DNA of 37,036 nucleotides, from positions 1 to 37,036 of the forward strand of contig CANJAW010000001.1 in assembly GCA_947472215.1 (NCBI GenBank), read 5' to 3'. Source of the stretch: Chitinophagaceae bacterium. GTDB lineage: Bacteria; Bacteroidota; Bacteroidia; Chitinophagales; Chitinophagaceae. Positions 19,734-29,852 of this stretch are shown in pieces. Numbering within the stretch: position 1 is the stretch's first letter; each line of letters begins with the position of its first letter. The notes under the pieces are model-generated. The model ran no database searches, was not told the origin of the DNA, and saw nothing but the letters and a program-made list of their open reading frames with translations. The position numbers and the translations under genes were made by a program.

Positions 19734-19740
19734 AATAAAT

Positions 19741-19776
19741 TTTGAATTGTTGTTATATTAATCGTATATTTGCGAT
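19741..19776 (+). promoter_or_regulatory. ars operon promoter with overlapping probable ArsR operator
   Basis: TTTG (19741)-N20-TATATTTG (19765) is the canonical Bacteroidota -33/-7 arrangement. The imperfect palindrome ATCGTATATTTGCGAT (19761-19776) covers the -7 box. Confidence 0.75.
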
Positions 19777-19792
19777 ATATAATTAATACAAC

Positions 19793-20128
19793 ATGGCCAT
19801 CCACAAAAAAGAAGCTTTTTCAAAAAAGGAACAGGACCTGGCTGAATTTGCAAAAGCATTGGCTCACCCAGCACGCATTGCCATATTAAAAGTATTGGCT
19901 CAGCACAACGAGTGCATTTGTGGTGAAATAGTAGCTGTATTACCACTGGCGCAATCCACCGTATCCCAACATTTAAAGGAACTAAAAAATGCCGGATTAA
20001 TTAATGGATCTGTTGACGGCCCTAGGAGTTGCTACTGCATCAACTGGAAAGCCTTTGAAAAATTCAACGCCGAATTTAGCTTCCTATTCAACCACCTGAA
20101 ATTAAAGAACTTGCAATCATGTTGTTAG
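19793..20128 (+). CDS. arsR: ArsR/SmtB family arsenic-responsive repressor
   Basis: [41 protein letters not shown] and C-terminal CC; precedes arsM. Confidence 0.9.
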   Translation: MAIHKKEAFSKKEQDLAEFAKALAHPARIAILKVLAQHNECICGEIVAVLPLAQSTVSQHLKELKNAGLINGSVDGPRSCYCINWKAFEKFNAEFSFLFNHLKLKNLQSCC

Positions 20129-20138
20129 ATGGGTTAAA

Positions 20139-20167
20139 GTTTAGGGGTTTAGAAGTTTAGGGTTTAG
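20139..20167 (+). repeat. Short degenerate tandem repeat, GTTTAG x4
   Basis: GTTTAG at 20139, 20147, 20155 and 20162 (spacing 8, 8, 7). Confidence 0.6.
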
Positions 20168-20205
20168 ATTTTATTTTTATTTTTAACCAATTAAAATACT
20201 ACTAT

Positions 20206-21057
20206 ATGCAAACAGATAATGAGTTAAAAGAAATGGTCCGGACTAAGTATAGCGAAATAGCCTTGCAGGACAAAGAAACCAATCAGTCTTCCTGCTGTGG
20301 TGCCGGAGGTTGTAGCACAGAAGTGTACAATATTATGAGCGAAGATTACACTTCCTTGGAAGGTTACAATGCGGATGCAGACTTAGGCTTGGGCTGCGGC
20401 TTACCCACCGAATTTGCAAAAATTAAATCGGGCGACACCGTGATTGATTTGGGTAGCGGAGCTGGAAACGACTGCTTTATAGCACGGCGGGCTACTGGTG
20501 AAACAGGTAAAGTAATTGGCATTGATTTCACTCCTGCCATGATTGAAAAAGCAAGGATGAATGCTGAAAAGCTATCTTTTCAAAATGTGGAATTTCGCCA
20601 AGGTGATATTGAGCACTTGCCTGTTTCTGCAAATATTGCCGATGTAGTGGTAAGTAATTGTGTATTAAATCTTGTGCCCAATAAAGGGGCCGTCATTCAA
20701 GAAATTTATAGGGTATTAAAACCAGGAGGACATTTCTCTATTTCCGATATTGTGTTGGAAGGGGCATTACCTGAAAAATGGAAATCAGTGGCAGAATTAT
20801 ATGCAGGTTGTGTTTCCGGTGCCATACAAAAGCAGGTATACCTCGACTTGATAGATGCAGCAGGATTTAAAAATCTAGTATTGCAAAAAGATAAACCCAT
20901 CATTATCCCGGATGATATTTTAATTAATCATTTATCGAAGGAAGAAATGCTGGCATATAAAAATAGCAAGACCACCATCAGTAGCGTTACGGTATATGCA
21001 GAAAAACCTTTACTTGATCAGCCGAAAATATGTACTCCAGGCGGAGGTTGTTGCTAA
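20206..21057 (+). CDS. arsM: Arsenite S-adenosylmethionine methyltransferase
   Basis: SSCCG, LGLGCGLP, SAM motif IDLGSGAG, SNCVLNL, YAGCVSGA and C-terminal CTPGGGCC. Confidence 0.92.
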   Translation: MQTDNELKEMVRTKYSEIALQDKETNQSSCCGAGGCSTEVYNIMSEDYTSLEGYNADADLGLGCGLPTEFAKIKSGDTVIDLGSGAGNDCFIARRATGETGKVIGIDFTPAMIEKARMNAEKLSFQNVEFRQGDIEHLPVSANIADVVVSNCVLNLVPNKGAVIQEIYRVLKPGGHFSISDIVLEGALPEKWKSVAELYAGCVSGAIQKQVYLDLIDAAGFKNLVLQKDKPIIIPDDILINHLSKEEMLAYKNSKTTISSVTVYAEKPLLDQPKICTPGGGCC

Positions 21058-21097
21058 TTGTTTTTACAATATCCAATTGAATTTAAAACTACTATAA

Positions 21098-21532
21098 ATG
21101 ATGGAAAACATCCAGTCGGCTCTCTATCCAATATCGGGATTGAAGAAAATTTTATTTGTATGTATTGAAAATAGCAACCGCTCACAAATGAGCCAGGCTT
21201 TTGCCAAAATACTGGGTGGTGCGGGCGTGGAAGCATATAGTGCCGGAAGCAAGCCAAGTGGCATTGTAAATCCAAAAGCAATTGCAGCCATGAAGGAACT
21301 CGGATATGACCTGAGCACCCACGATAGCAAAAGTTTGGAAGAGGTAAAGGCATTTGCCCCATTTGATGCAGTTGTTACGATGGGTTGCGGGGATGCCTGT
21401 CCCTGGATGCCAGCCAAACAATTCATTGACTGGCAAATACCTGATCCAAAGCATATGGAGCCAGCGCAGTTTGATGAAGTAAGGGATTTTATTAAAGAAA
21501 AAGTAAAAACTCTTCTAGAAGAGTTGTCATAA
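21098..21532 (+). CDS. arsC: Arsenate reductase, LMW-PTP fold
   Basis: P-loop ILFVCIENSNRSQM, SAGS.P and VVTMGCGDACP...DW.IPDP motifs. Alternative TTG start at 21140. Confidence 0.88.
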   Translation: MMENIQSALYPISGLKKILFVCIENSNRSQMSQAFAKILGGAGVEAYSAGSKPSGIVNPKAIAAMKELGYDLSTHDSKSLEEVKAFAPFDAVVTMGCGDACPWMPAKQFIDWQIPDPKHMEPAQFDEVRDFIKEKVKTLLEELS

Positions 21533-21537
21533 AAAAT

Positions 21538-21562
21538 AGCACAAACTTTACTAGTTTGTGCT
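21538..21562. terminator. Hairpin between convergent arsC and TIM-barrel genes
   Basis: AGCACAAACT-N5-AGTTTGTGCT, with a U-tract on the minus strand. Confidence 0.7.
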
Positions 21563-21584
21563 TATGAGTAGGTTGATTGAGCGG

Positions 21585-22511
21585 TTAGATCCTCCAGGTT
21601 TTTATGATTTCTAAATTTTTCTTAGCACACTCAATTGGAGTAAGTCCTTGGTAAGACTCTTGTTCTATAATAAAATGCGTAGAGCCACCTATTTTTTTTG
21701 CCAATAAAGCAATTGCTTTAGGGTTTACTACTCCAGTTCCCAAAATGGCACTTTCATACCCATCATTCATTTCACCTTTTTCTGTCTTAATTTCATCTTT
21801 AATGTGTAAGGATTGAAAACGACCAGGGTACTTAGTAATCCACTCTGCAGCCCTTCCGCCGCCACCATACATATTGCCAATATCTAATTGATGGATCACT
21901 AATATAGGATCGGTATGTTGTAGAATTAAATCATACACCATAGAGCCATATATTTTTTCTTTAAACTCAAAATCATGATTGTGGTAACCAAACTTCATTC
22001 CGCTTGCCCTACACAATTCCCCCGATTTGTTAAATACATCTAGTTGCATCATTAATCCATCATAACTTCTTCTCAGCTTTCCATCCATCCAGGGACTAAT
22101 TACATAAGATTGCCCTAATGTAGCCGCATCTGCTACAGTTAGCTTCCAGTCATCGGTAAAATCTTTGGTTGTATTGTCCCAGTGTTTTGCAGACATTACT
22201 GTATGCCCACTTGGCATTTTTAAACCTAAGTCATTTAATATTTTTTTAAACTCCTTTGCAGTCCAGCCATAAAATTTACGGTTTACATAATTGGCGTGTT
22301 CCACGTATTGATAGCCCATTTTTGAGAGTGCAGTCAAAGTTTCCAATGGTTTTTTATCCATGTCGTCGCGCACCGAGTACAATTGAATTCCAATCAATCG
22401 CTTGGTATCGGCCAATCTATTTGGGTAGGCCCATAATGCGCTGGGATTTAAACTAGCCCCCACTATGGCAAGCGAGGCCGTTTGAATAAATTTTCTTCTT
22501 GAGTTTTGCAT
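21585..22511 (-). CDS. Tat-exported sugar phosphate isomerase/epimerase (xylose isomerase-like TIM barrel)
   Basis: ATG 22511 gives the twin-arginine signal MQNSRRKFIQ; motifs GIQLYSVR, FGYHNHDFEF, LDIG, LHIKD and IIEQE. Confidence 0.88.
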   Translation of the reverse strand: MQNSRRKFIQTASLAIVGASLNPSALWAYPNRLADTKRLIGIQLYSVRDDMDKKPLETLTALSKMGYQYVEHANYVNRKFYGWTAKEFKKILNDLGLKMPSGHTVMSAKHWDNTTKDFTDDWKLTVADAATLGQSYVISPWMDGKLRRSYDGLMMQLDVFNKSGELCRASGMKFGYHNHDFEFKEKIYGSMVYDLILQHTDPILVIHQLDIGNMYGGGGRAAEWITKYPGRFQSLHIKDEIKTEKGEMNDGYESAILGTGVVNPKAIALLAKKIGGSTHFIIEQESYQGLTPIECAKKNLEIIKTWRI

Positions 22512-22654
22512 AGTAATTAGTTGTTTAAATAAGCGTACTAAAAATTTAAAAAAAGTAATTAAAAAAGAGAAGGGGATGCAGAAAAAATTACCAAAATTTG
22601 GTGTTCTCCTAAGTTGACTTTTTTGCCTAGACAATTACTTTGGTAAAACTAAAA

Positions 22655-22702
22655 TCCCTACAAGTATTAAAAAGGCAACAGCCACTTTGTTACTTGTAGG
22701 GA
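22655..22702 (-). terminator. Inverted repeat downstream of the YccA-family gene
   Basis: TCCCTACAAGTA-N24-TACTTGTAGGGA, followed by TTTT on the minus strand. Confidence 0.55.
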
Positions 22703-22773
22703 AGATACTTAATTCAGCACTTTTTATCAATTTAATTTAGCATAAACCATCATTTGCTAATTATTTGATACAA

Positions 22774-23529
22774 CTATTTCCTGCTAGTTAGTTTAGACAA
22801 CAATCGAAGAATTTCAAGGTAAAGCCAAACGATGGTTACCATTAATCCAAATGCACCATACCATTCCATATATTTGGGCGCCCCTGCCTCAGCGCCTTTT
22901 TCCATCATATCGAAATCCAAGATCAGGTTAAGCGCAGCAATCGCTACTACCACTAATGAAAAACCAATTCCCATTAAAGAACCTTCATGTAAAAAAGCCA
23001 TTTCCACACCAAACATTCTTACTACCATGGCAATCAAATAAAAGACAGCGATGCCGGCGGTAGCAGTAAAAATAATCGCCTTAAATTTTTCTGTTGCCTG
23101 AATAATTTTAAAACTGTACAATAAATACATGGAGATAGCAGTACCAAAGGTTAAGCCCACTGCGTTCATAATAATATTCGGCATTTTTCCAGCAAAAGCA
23201 TCATTGTAGTAGGCTGAAATGGCTCCTATAAACAATCCTTCAAGCAATGCGTACAAGGGTGCTAGATAGGGGGACCATTCTTTTTTAAACATAATCACAA
23301 GGGCGACTACCAGACCCCCAATAGCACCTCCCCATATCAGTGATTGTACATCACCTCCACCAGCATATTCTTTCCAAGAGTAATAAGCAGTTCCCATCAG
23401 CATTAAAAACATAAAGCCAAACTTGTTTAGGGTACCCCTTACCGTCATTGCATTATTTTGATCGATGTAAAGGGTGTTCTTAAATGCTTTTTCTGAAAGG
23501 GTAGGATTGCCAGATTTAAATAGGTCCAT
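22774..23529 (-). CDS. Bax inhibitor-1/YccA family membrane protein
   Basis: SGNP, MTVRGT.NK, about 7 TM segments, and LILDFD..E.G...GAPKYMEWYGAFGLMVTIVWLYLEILRLL. Confidence 0.9.
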   Translation of the reverse strand: MDLFKSGNPTLSEKAFKNTLYIDQNNAMTVRGTLNKFGFMFLMLMGTAYYSWKEYAGGGDVQSLIWGGAIGGLVVALVIMFKKEWSPYLAPLYALLEGLFIGAISAYYNDAFAGKMPNIIMNAVGLTFGTAISMYLLYSFKIIQATEKFKAIIFTATAGIAVFYLIAMVVRMFGVEMAFLHEGSLMGIGFSLVVVAIAALNLILDFDMMEKGAEAGAPKYMEWYGAFGLMVTIVWLYLEILRLLSKLTSRK

Positions 23530-23801
23530 AATTATATTTTTAGAATTTAAAATTAAAACATTTTACCAAATGACCTTCAATTTTTTTTATAGAATGTTGT
23601 TAAATTTTACACCTGGCTATTGCCCTATCGGCTAGTTCAATAACTCCCAATAGTCGTTTAACCGTTTCCGTAATTTAAACCTCCTTTTTTACCTCCTCAC
23701 CCCAACAATCAGGTCTCGCTGCGCATCCCTTATTTGCATAAAATGCTGAAAAACTGACTGAAACCCCTCTTCTACAAGAAATTCTTCAAAAACAGGGTTT
23801 C

Positions 23802-23815
23802 CGGTAACGTTCCCG
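23802..23815. promoter_or_regulatory. LacI-type operator-like palindrome upstream of korA
   Basis: CGGTAACGTTCCCG: 14-bp palindrome with one mismatch and a central AACGTT. Confidence 0.5.
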
Positions 23816-23887
23816 AACAAAGTTTTGGGCATTGATTATAAAAAATAATTTAGCCGTAACTTGCAGTAATTTTTAACGTTTGAAGCT

Positions 23888-25744
23888 ATGAGTATTAAAG
23901 AACAGGTATTAAAAGAAGTTGTAATAAAGTTTGCCGGAGATAGCGGCGATGGTATGCAGTTAACAGGCAGCCAGTTTACCAACAACACCGCTTTGCTAGG
24001 TATCGACTTGGCAACTTTTCCAGATTTTCCAGCTGAGATCAGGGCCCCAATCGGTACATTACCCGGAGTAAGTGGGTACCAGCTGCGTTTTAGTAGTGAT
24101 CGGATTTTTACACCCGGTGATGTCTGTGATGTGTTGGTAGCAATGAATGCAGCTGCCTTAAAAGTAAATGTAAAGGGATTAAAACCCGGTGGGGTAATCA
24201 TTGCCAATATAGAAGGCTTTGATGCTAAAAACCTCCGGCTCGCTAACTATGCCGAAGGCAGCAACCCCCTAGAAGATAATAGCCTAGATAGTTTCGAGCT
24301 GATAAAAATGGATGTTACCAAGATGACCCGTGAAGCATTGAAGGATTTCACCATGGGGATGAAGGAAAAAGACCGTGCAAAGAATATGTTTGTACTGGGT
24401 TTTTTATATTGGATGTACAACCGTGAAATGGATAATACCATTCAGTTTATCAAGGATAAATTTGGTAAAAAGCCAGAAATTTTTGAAAGCAATGTTAAGG
24501 CATTGCAGGCAGGCTACAATTATGGCGATACTACCGAAACTTTCACCACCCGCTATACTGTTGAAAAGGCAAAAATGGAGCCAGGTGTTTACCGCTCTAT
24601 CATGGGTAACCAGGCTTTGTCTTTTGGATTGATTGCGGCTTCGCAAAAAAGTGGCCTACAGCTATTTTTGGGTAGTTATCCGATTACGCCTGCCAGTGAC
24701 ATTTTGCATGACCTAAGTAAGTATAAAAATTTTGCTATCAAGACATTCCAGGCTGAAGATGAGATAGCCGCTATTACTTCGTCTATTGGTGCTAGTTATG
24801 GAGGTAGCTTGGGTGTTACCACTACTAGTGGACCAGGTATGGCGTTAAAAGCCGAGGCGATGGGACTGGCAGTGATGCTTGAAATTCCCTTGATTATCAT
24901 CAATGTACAAAGGGGAGGTCCTAGCACTGGTTTGCCTACCAAAACAGAGCAGAGTGATTTAATGCAAGCTTATTACGGTCGTAATGGTGAGTGTCCGATG
25001 CCGGTCATTTCAGCTTCTACACCCAGTGATTGTTTTGCTGCCATCTATGAAGCAGTAAGGATAAGTGTACAACATATGACACCTGTAATCTTTTTAAGTG
25101 ATGGGTATATTGCCAATGGAGCTGAGCCCTGGAAATTCCCTACTGCTTCAGAATTGCAGGAAATCAAAGTGTCTTTTGCTTCACCAAAAAATATGGACTA
25201 TTTTGATGCAAAAGGGAAATTTCAGCCCTATAAAAGAGACGAAAAATTAGTTCGACCATGGGCGATACCAGGAACTCCTGGATTAGAGCATCGTGTGGGT
25301 GGCCTTGAAAAAGAAGATTTGACAGGAAACATCAGTTACGATTCAGACAATCACCAGCATATGGTGAAAACAAGACAGAAAAAAGTTGACCTTATTGCGA
25401 ATTATATTCCCGAGCAAAAATTAGATAGCGGTGCCGAAAAGGGCAAGGTGCTAGTGCTTGGCTGGGGAAGTACCTACGGCGCCATTAAAAGTGCCTGTAA
25501 GGAGTTGCAACAAGAAGGTCATGCCGTATCACATGCACATTTGCGTTACATCCGGCCTTTCCCTAAAAACCTGGGAGATATGCTGAAAAACTTTGATCAT
25601 GTGTTGATTCCTGAAATCAATAATGGCCAGTTGGTGAAGATCATTAGAGATGTATATTTTGTAGATGCCAAGCCCTATAATAAAATAATGGGAATTGCCA
25701 TTACCAAAGGTGAGTTGATCGACGAAATAAAAAAAATGTTATAA
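23888..25744 (+). CDS. korA: 2-oxoacid:ferredoxin oxidoreductase alpha subunit (gamma-alpha fusion)
   Basis: AGDSGDGMQLTG, FPAEIRAP.GT, GSYPITPASD, QAEDEIA, TTSGPG and VQRGGPSTGLPTK.EQ.D motifs. Substrate cannot be determined from sequence. Confidence 0.92.
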   Translation: MSIKEQVLKEVVIKFAGDSGDGMQLTGSQFTNNTALLGIDLATFPDFPAEIRAPIGTLPGVSGYQLRFSSDRIFTPGDVCDVLVAMNAAALKVNVKGLKPGGVIIANIEGFDAKNLRLANYAEGSNPLEDNSLDSFELIKMDVTKMTREALKDFTMGMKEKDRAKNMFVLGFLYWMYNREMDNTIQFIKDKFGKKPEIFESNVKALQAGYNYGDTTETFTTRYTVEKAKMEPGVYRSIMGNQALSFGLIAASQKSGLQLFLGSYPITPASDILHDLSKYKNFAIKTFQAEDEIAAITSSIGASYGGSLGVTTTSGPGMALKAEAMGLAVMLEIPLIIINVQRGGPSTGLPTKTEQSDLMQAYYGRNGECPMPVISASTPSDCFAAIYEAVRISVQHMTPVIFLSDGYIANGAEPWKFPTASELQEIKVSFASPKNMDYFDAKGKFQPYKRDEKLVRPWAIPGTPGLEHRVGGLEKEDLTGNISYDSDNHQHMVKTRQKKVDLIANYIPEQKLDSGAEKGKVLVLGWGSTYGAIKSACKELQQEGHAVSHAHLRYIRPFPKNLGDMLKNFDHVLIPEINNGQLVKIIRDVYFVDAKPYNKIMGIAITKGELIDEIKKML

Positions 25745-25770
25745 GGCCTTAGATAGTTTCTGAGGATACC

Positions 25771-25812
25771 AATAAAAGAGGTGCTGATTTGATTATCAGC
25801 ACCTCTTTTATT
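25771..25812. terminator. Bidirectional intrinsic terminator
   Basis: Perfect 18-bp inverted repeat AATAAAAGAGGTGCTGAT-N6-ATCAGCACCTCTTTTATT between convergent genes. Confidence 0.9.
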
Positions 25813-26776
25813 AGCGGTACTTTCCTGGGCGGGATATTTTTTCTCTTCCTATAGCAACCCCTACTTTTATGTTGAAGCTGAAATAGGCATCATTATTTTG
25901 TGAGTTTCCACGGAGTTGCCCACCTTTTGGATTAATGGGAAATGCCGGGTTAAACTTACTTCTTCGGTCGTTTAGCACTTGTGCATTATACAATTGATCA
26001 CCGGATAAATACTTTGAAAACAATTGGGGATTGATATACCGGGTACTGATATCATCTAGATAATCTGTTTGCAAAATGCGGGTAATCATTTCTGCTCTCA
26101 AATTAACGAAGGAAGAAATTTCATATTTTAATCCTGCTCCCAGCGGAAAATTTATCTGACTAAGCTGGTAAGGTTTTCTGTCTGGATATTCTGCAAAGCC
26201 CTGCCCTTCTGTATGCAGCGGTTGTAAGTCAATCCAGTTCGAATATAATTTGGCTTGTGGATTGAATTTAAAATAACCGACGCCAGCAACAAGATACGGC
26301 GATAAAGCAGGGGGAGATTTTTCTTTTATTAGCCAGTTAATGAATATAAAGAGCGGGTGAAATTCAAAGGTTAGTGATACTTCTGTAATCCTACTGCGGA
26401 ACTGCAAACTTCGCTCATAACGGCCCTGCGTAGACTCTTTCACCGATTTCAAAATACTGTCATAGGCTTTTACTTGTCCTATACTTCCTTCCAGCCTTAT
26501 GCCCACCGCATATTTGTAGAGGGCACTGACATATATACTTCCATTCAGCTGGGTATTGCCAATATTTAAATCTTTTATTAAGGGTTTTCCTATTCCTTTT
26601 TTTCCACCCACATCCGTCAAACAGTTCATTACGCCCACTGAGCCACCCATATCAAACATTAAAGGGGAGTCGTAATAATTGTTATCACGGAAATAGAATT
26701 GGGCCGAAATAGTTTGTCCAAAAATACTACCTAGTAATACTGTTATTAAAGCAAATCCTAATTTTTTCATTTGCAT
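25811..26776 (-). CDS. DUF6089 / PorG-like outer-membrane beta-barrel protein
   Basis: Signal peptide, R.L.FRS.I.E, SPY..AGVG.F.FNP, LQPLHTEGQG, TDYLDDIS and RGN...ND.Y motifs. Confidence 0.75.
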   Translation of the reverse strand: MQMKKLGFALITVLLGSIFGQTISAQFYFRDNNYYDSPLMFDMGGSVGVMNCLTDVGGKKGIGKPLIKDLNIGNTQLNGSIYVSALYKYAVGIRLEGSIGQVKAYDSILKSVKESTQGRYERSLQFRSRITEVSLTFEFHPLFIFINWLIKEKSPPALSPYLVAGVGYFKFNPQAKLYSNWIDLQPLHTEGQGFAEYPDRKPYQLSQINFPLGAGLKYEISSFVNLRAEMITRILQTDYLDDISTRYINPQLFSKYLSGDQLYNAQVLNDRRSKFNPAFPINPKGGQLRGNSQNNDAYFSFNIKVGVAIGREKISRPGKYR

Positions 26777-27118
26777 ATTTTTTTTCCAAAATTGATTTTA
26801 TACAGCCTAGTAAATTATTTCACCTGTTACAGTCCGTTGATTTCCCTTGTAATTTATTGGCAAAAGAAAAGGAATAAATGGCTTACAAAACTGGCAGCAA
26901 TCTATTGCATGGATTTTCCAGCGAATTAAAAATTTGCCAGGCTTACGTAAAATAAACAGGGTGAAACCAGTGAAATTTCAGGGAAGGGGTTTTGGACGAC
27001 GGGCAGTCTATGGGTAAAGCTATGTGTAGCTTGGAGGTAAGCGATACCAATTAAAGCCCTTGTTTTTCAGAAGTTTGTATTTTTTGTAAAATAAACAAAT
27101 TATATTTTAATTGCATAT

Positions 27119-27760
27119 TTATTTTACTTTTTTCCCAAAGTATTTGCAAGCTGATTGAATTCCACATTCACTGCATTTTGGACTTCTGGCCATACAAACA
27201 TACCTGCCATGAAGTATTAGCCAATGGTGTGCCTTGTGAATGTACTCCTTTGGGATAGAGCTAACCAATTGTTTTTCGGCTGCCAGCGGAGTTTTTGCTT
27301 TCGTAGTTAGCCCAATTCGGGCACTCACCCTAAATACGTGGGTATCAACAGCCATATTGGGTTGATGATCAATTACTGAGGTAATTACATTGGCAGTTTT
27401 TCTGCCTACACCGGGCAGTTCAACTAGCTCATCGACTGTCATGGGCACTTGTCCAGAAAATTTTTTGACTAACATTTCAGCCATTCCTATTAAGTGCCGA
27501 GCCTTATTATTTGGGTAGGAGATGCTTTTAATCAATCCAAAAACATCCTTGAATGCGGCCTTGCTTAGACTTTCAGGGTCAGGAAATTTTTTAAAAATTG
27601 CTCCTGTGGTAAGGTTTACCCGCTTGTCGGTACATTGGGCCGAAAGTATTACTGCAACCAGTAACTCAAAGGGATTATTGTAGTGCAATTCAGTTTCGGC
27701 ACCTGGTGCATTCGTTAAAAAATAATCGATGAAGGATTGATACCGTTGCTGTTTGGTCAT
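27119..27760 (-). CDS. nth: Endonuclease III
   Basis: ILSAQCTDKRVN, HhH LPGVGRKTANV, AVDTHVFRV and the 4Fe-4S motif C-x6-C-x2-C-x5-C. Confidence 0.96.
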   Translation of the reverse strand: MTKQQRYQSFIDYFLTNAPGAETELHYNNPFELLVAVILSAQCTDKRVNLTTGAIFKKFPDPESLSKAAFKDVFGLIKSISYPNNKARHLIGMAEMLVKKFSGQVPMTVDELVELPGVGRKTANVITSVIDHQPNMAVDTHVFRVSARIGLTTKAKTPLAAEKQLVSSIPKEYIHKAHHWLILHGRYVCMARSPKCSECGIQSACKYFGKKVK

Positions 27761-27816
27761 AAAAAAACGTTCGGCTTTATTGCAAAGCGAAAGTAGGGGA
27801 AATGCCCTAAAGACTG

Positions 27817-28056
27817 TTAAACGGAGGAGGGAAGTTCTTTAACTGAGCTAGCTGCATATTGTAAGATCTTGTCTATAGCGGCCTTTCGGGGAGACAGGGA
27901 CAATTGTTCCAGATCGTTGACTGCAGCTGAAATGACTTCAAATTTTTCTCTTAAAGCCCAATCGGTCGCCATAGCTTCGTTCAAAAGAATTGATTGTTCA
28001 GCAGAAATTTCTTTGTACAGGTGTAGAATCAAATCTTCCTGAGTAAAGCTGTGCAT
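27817..28056 (-). CDS. Small conserved-looking hypothetical protein, possibly anti-sigma-domain-like
   Basis: 79-aa helical ORF (FTQEDLILHLYKE...DWALREK...SPRKAAIDKILQYA), co-oriented and filling the gap. ATG 28056; alternative TTG 28062. Confidence 0.7.
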   Translation of the reverse strand: MHSFTQEDLILHLYKEISAEQSILLNEAMATDWALREKFEVISAAVNDLEQLSLSPRKAAIDKILQYAASSVKELPSSV

Positions 28057-28144
28057 ATGCAATATTTATGGCTTGAGTAAAAATTTAATCATCTTCTGCC
28101 TTAATAAACGAACTAATTCATTCATTATTGTATAGTTAGGTGAA

Positions 28145-28495
28145 TTATTTCAGCGTATCGATAGTAGAAAGGATAAATAGGTCCTCGTTATCCTTCTTCA
28201 TCAGATACTTTTCTCTTGCATATTTTTCAATCGTCTGGGCATTGGTTTTGAGCTGCCCCAATTCCTGCTTTGTATCCTTAATTAGATCAGTTAGGTGCTG
28301 TTCACTTTTTTGGAGCTCATTCAGTTTGACCCTTCTCTTAAATTCAGAAATCAGGTCTTTTTCGTTAAAGAAGAGCATCCAAATCAGAAACAGAAAACCC
28401 GTCAGTAAATATTTATTACCTAAAAAGGACAACCTCTCCCAACCCTTTTTTTGAAGGGGCTGAGAAGAGGTTGTATTGTTTAAATCCTTTTCCAT
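28145..28495 (-). CDS. ftsB: Septum formation initiator (FtsB/DivIC family)
   Basis: Single TM, coiled coil and IEKYAREKYLMKKDNE motif; directly downstream of eno, a conserved arrangement. Confidence 0.85.
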   Translation of the reverse strand: MEKDLNNTTSSQPLQKKGWERLSFLGNKYLLTGFLFLIWMLFFNEKDLISEFKRRVKLNELQKSEQHLTDLIKDTKQELGQLKTNAQTIEKYAREKYLMKKDNEDLFILSTIDTLK

Positions 28496-28530
28496 TGTTT
28501 ACATATTATTTGTTTCCCCAATGATGAAAA

Positions 28531-29847
<1,317 letters not shown>

Positions 29848-29852
29848 TTAAA

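Noticed and set aside
20131-20167. Telomere-like TTTAGGG or G-quadruplex
   Set aside because: Only three G-runs of 3 or more and just two TTTAGGG matches; insufficient for either interpretation.
19689-21562. ars cassette as a transposon or integrative element
   Set aside because: The flanking inverted repeats are unrelated terminators; no transposase, integrase, tRNA or direct repeat was seen.
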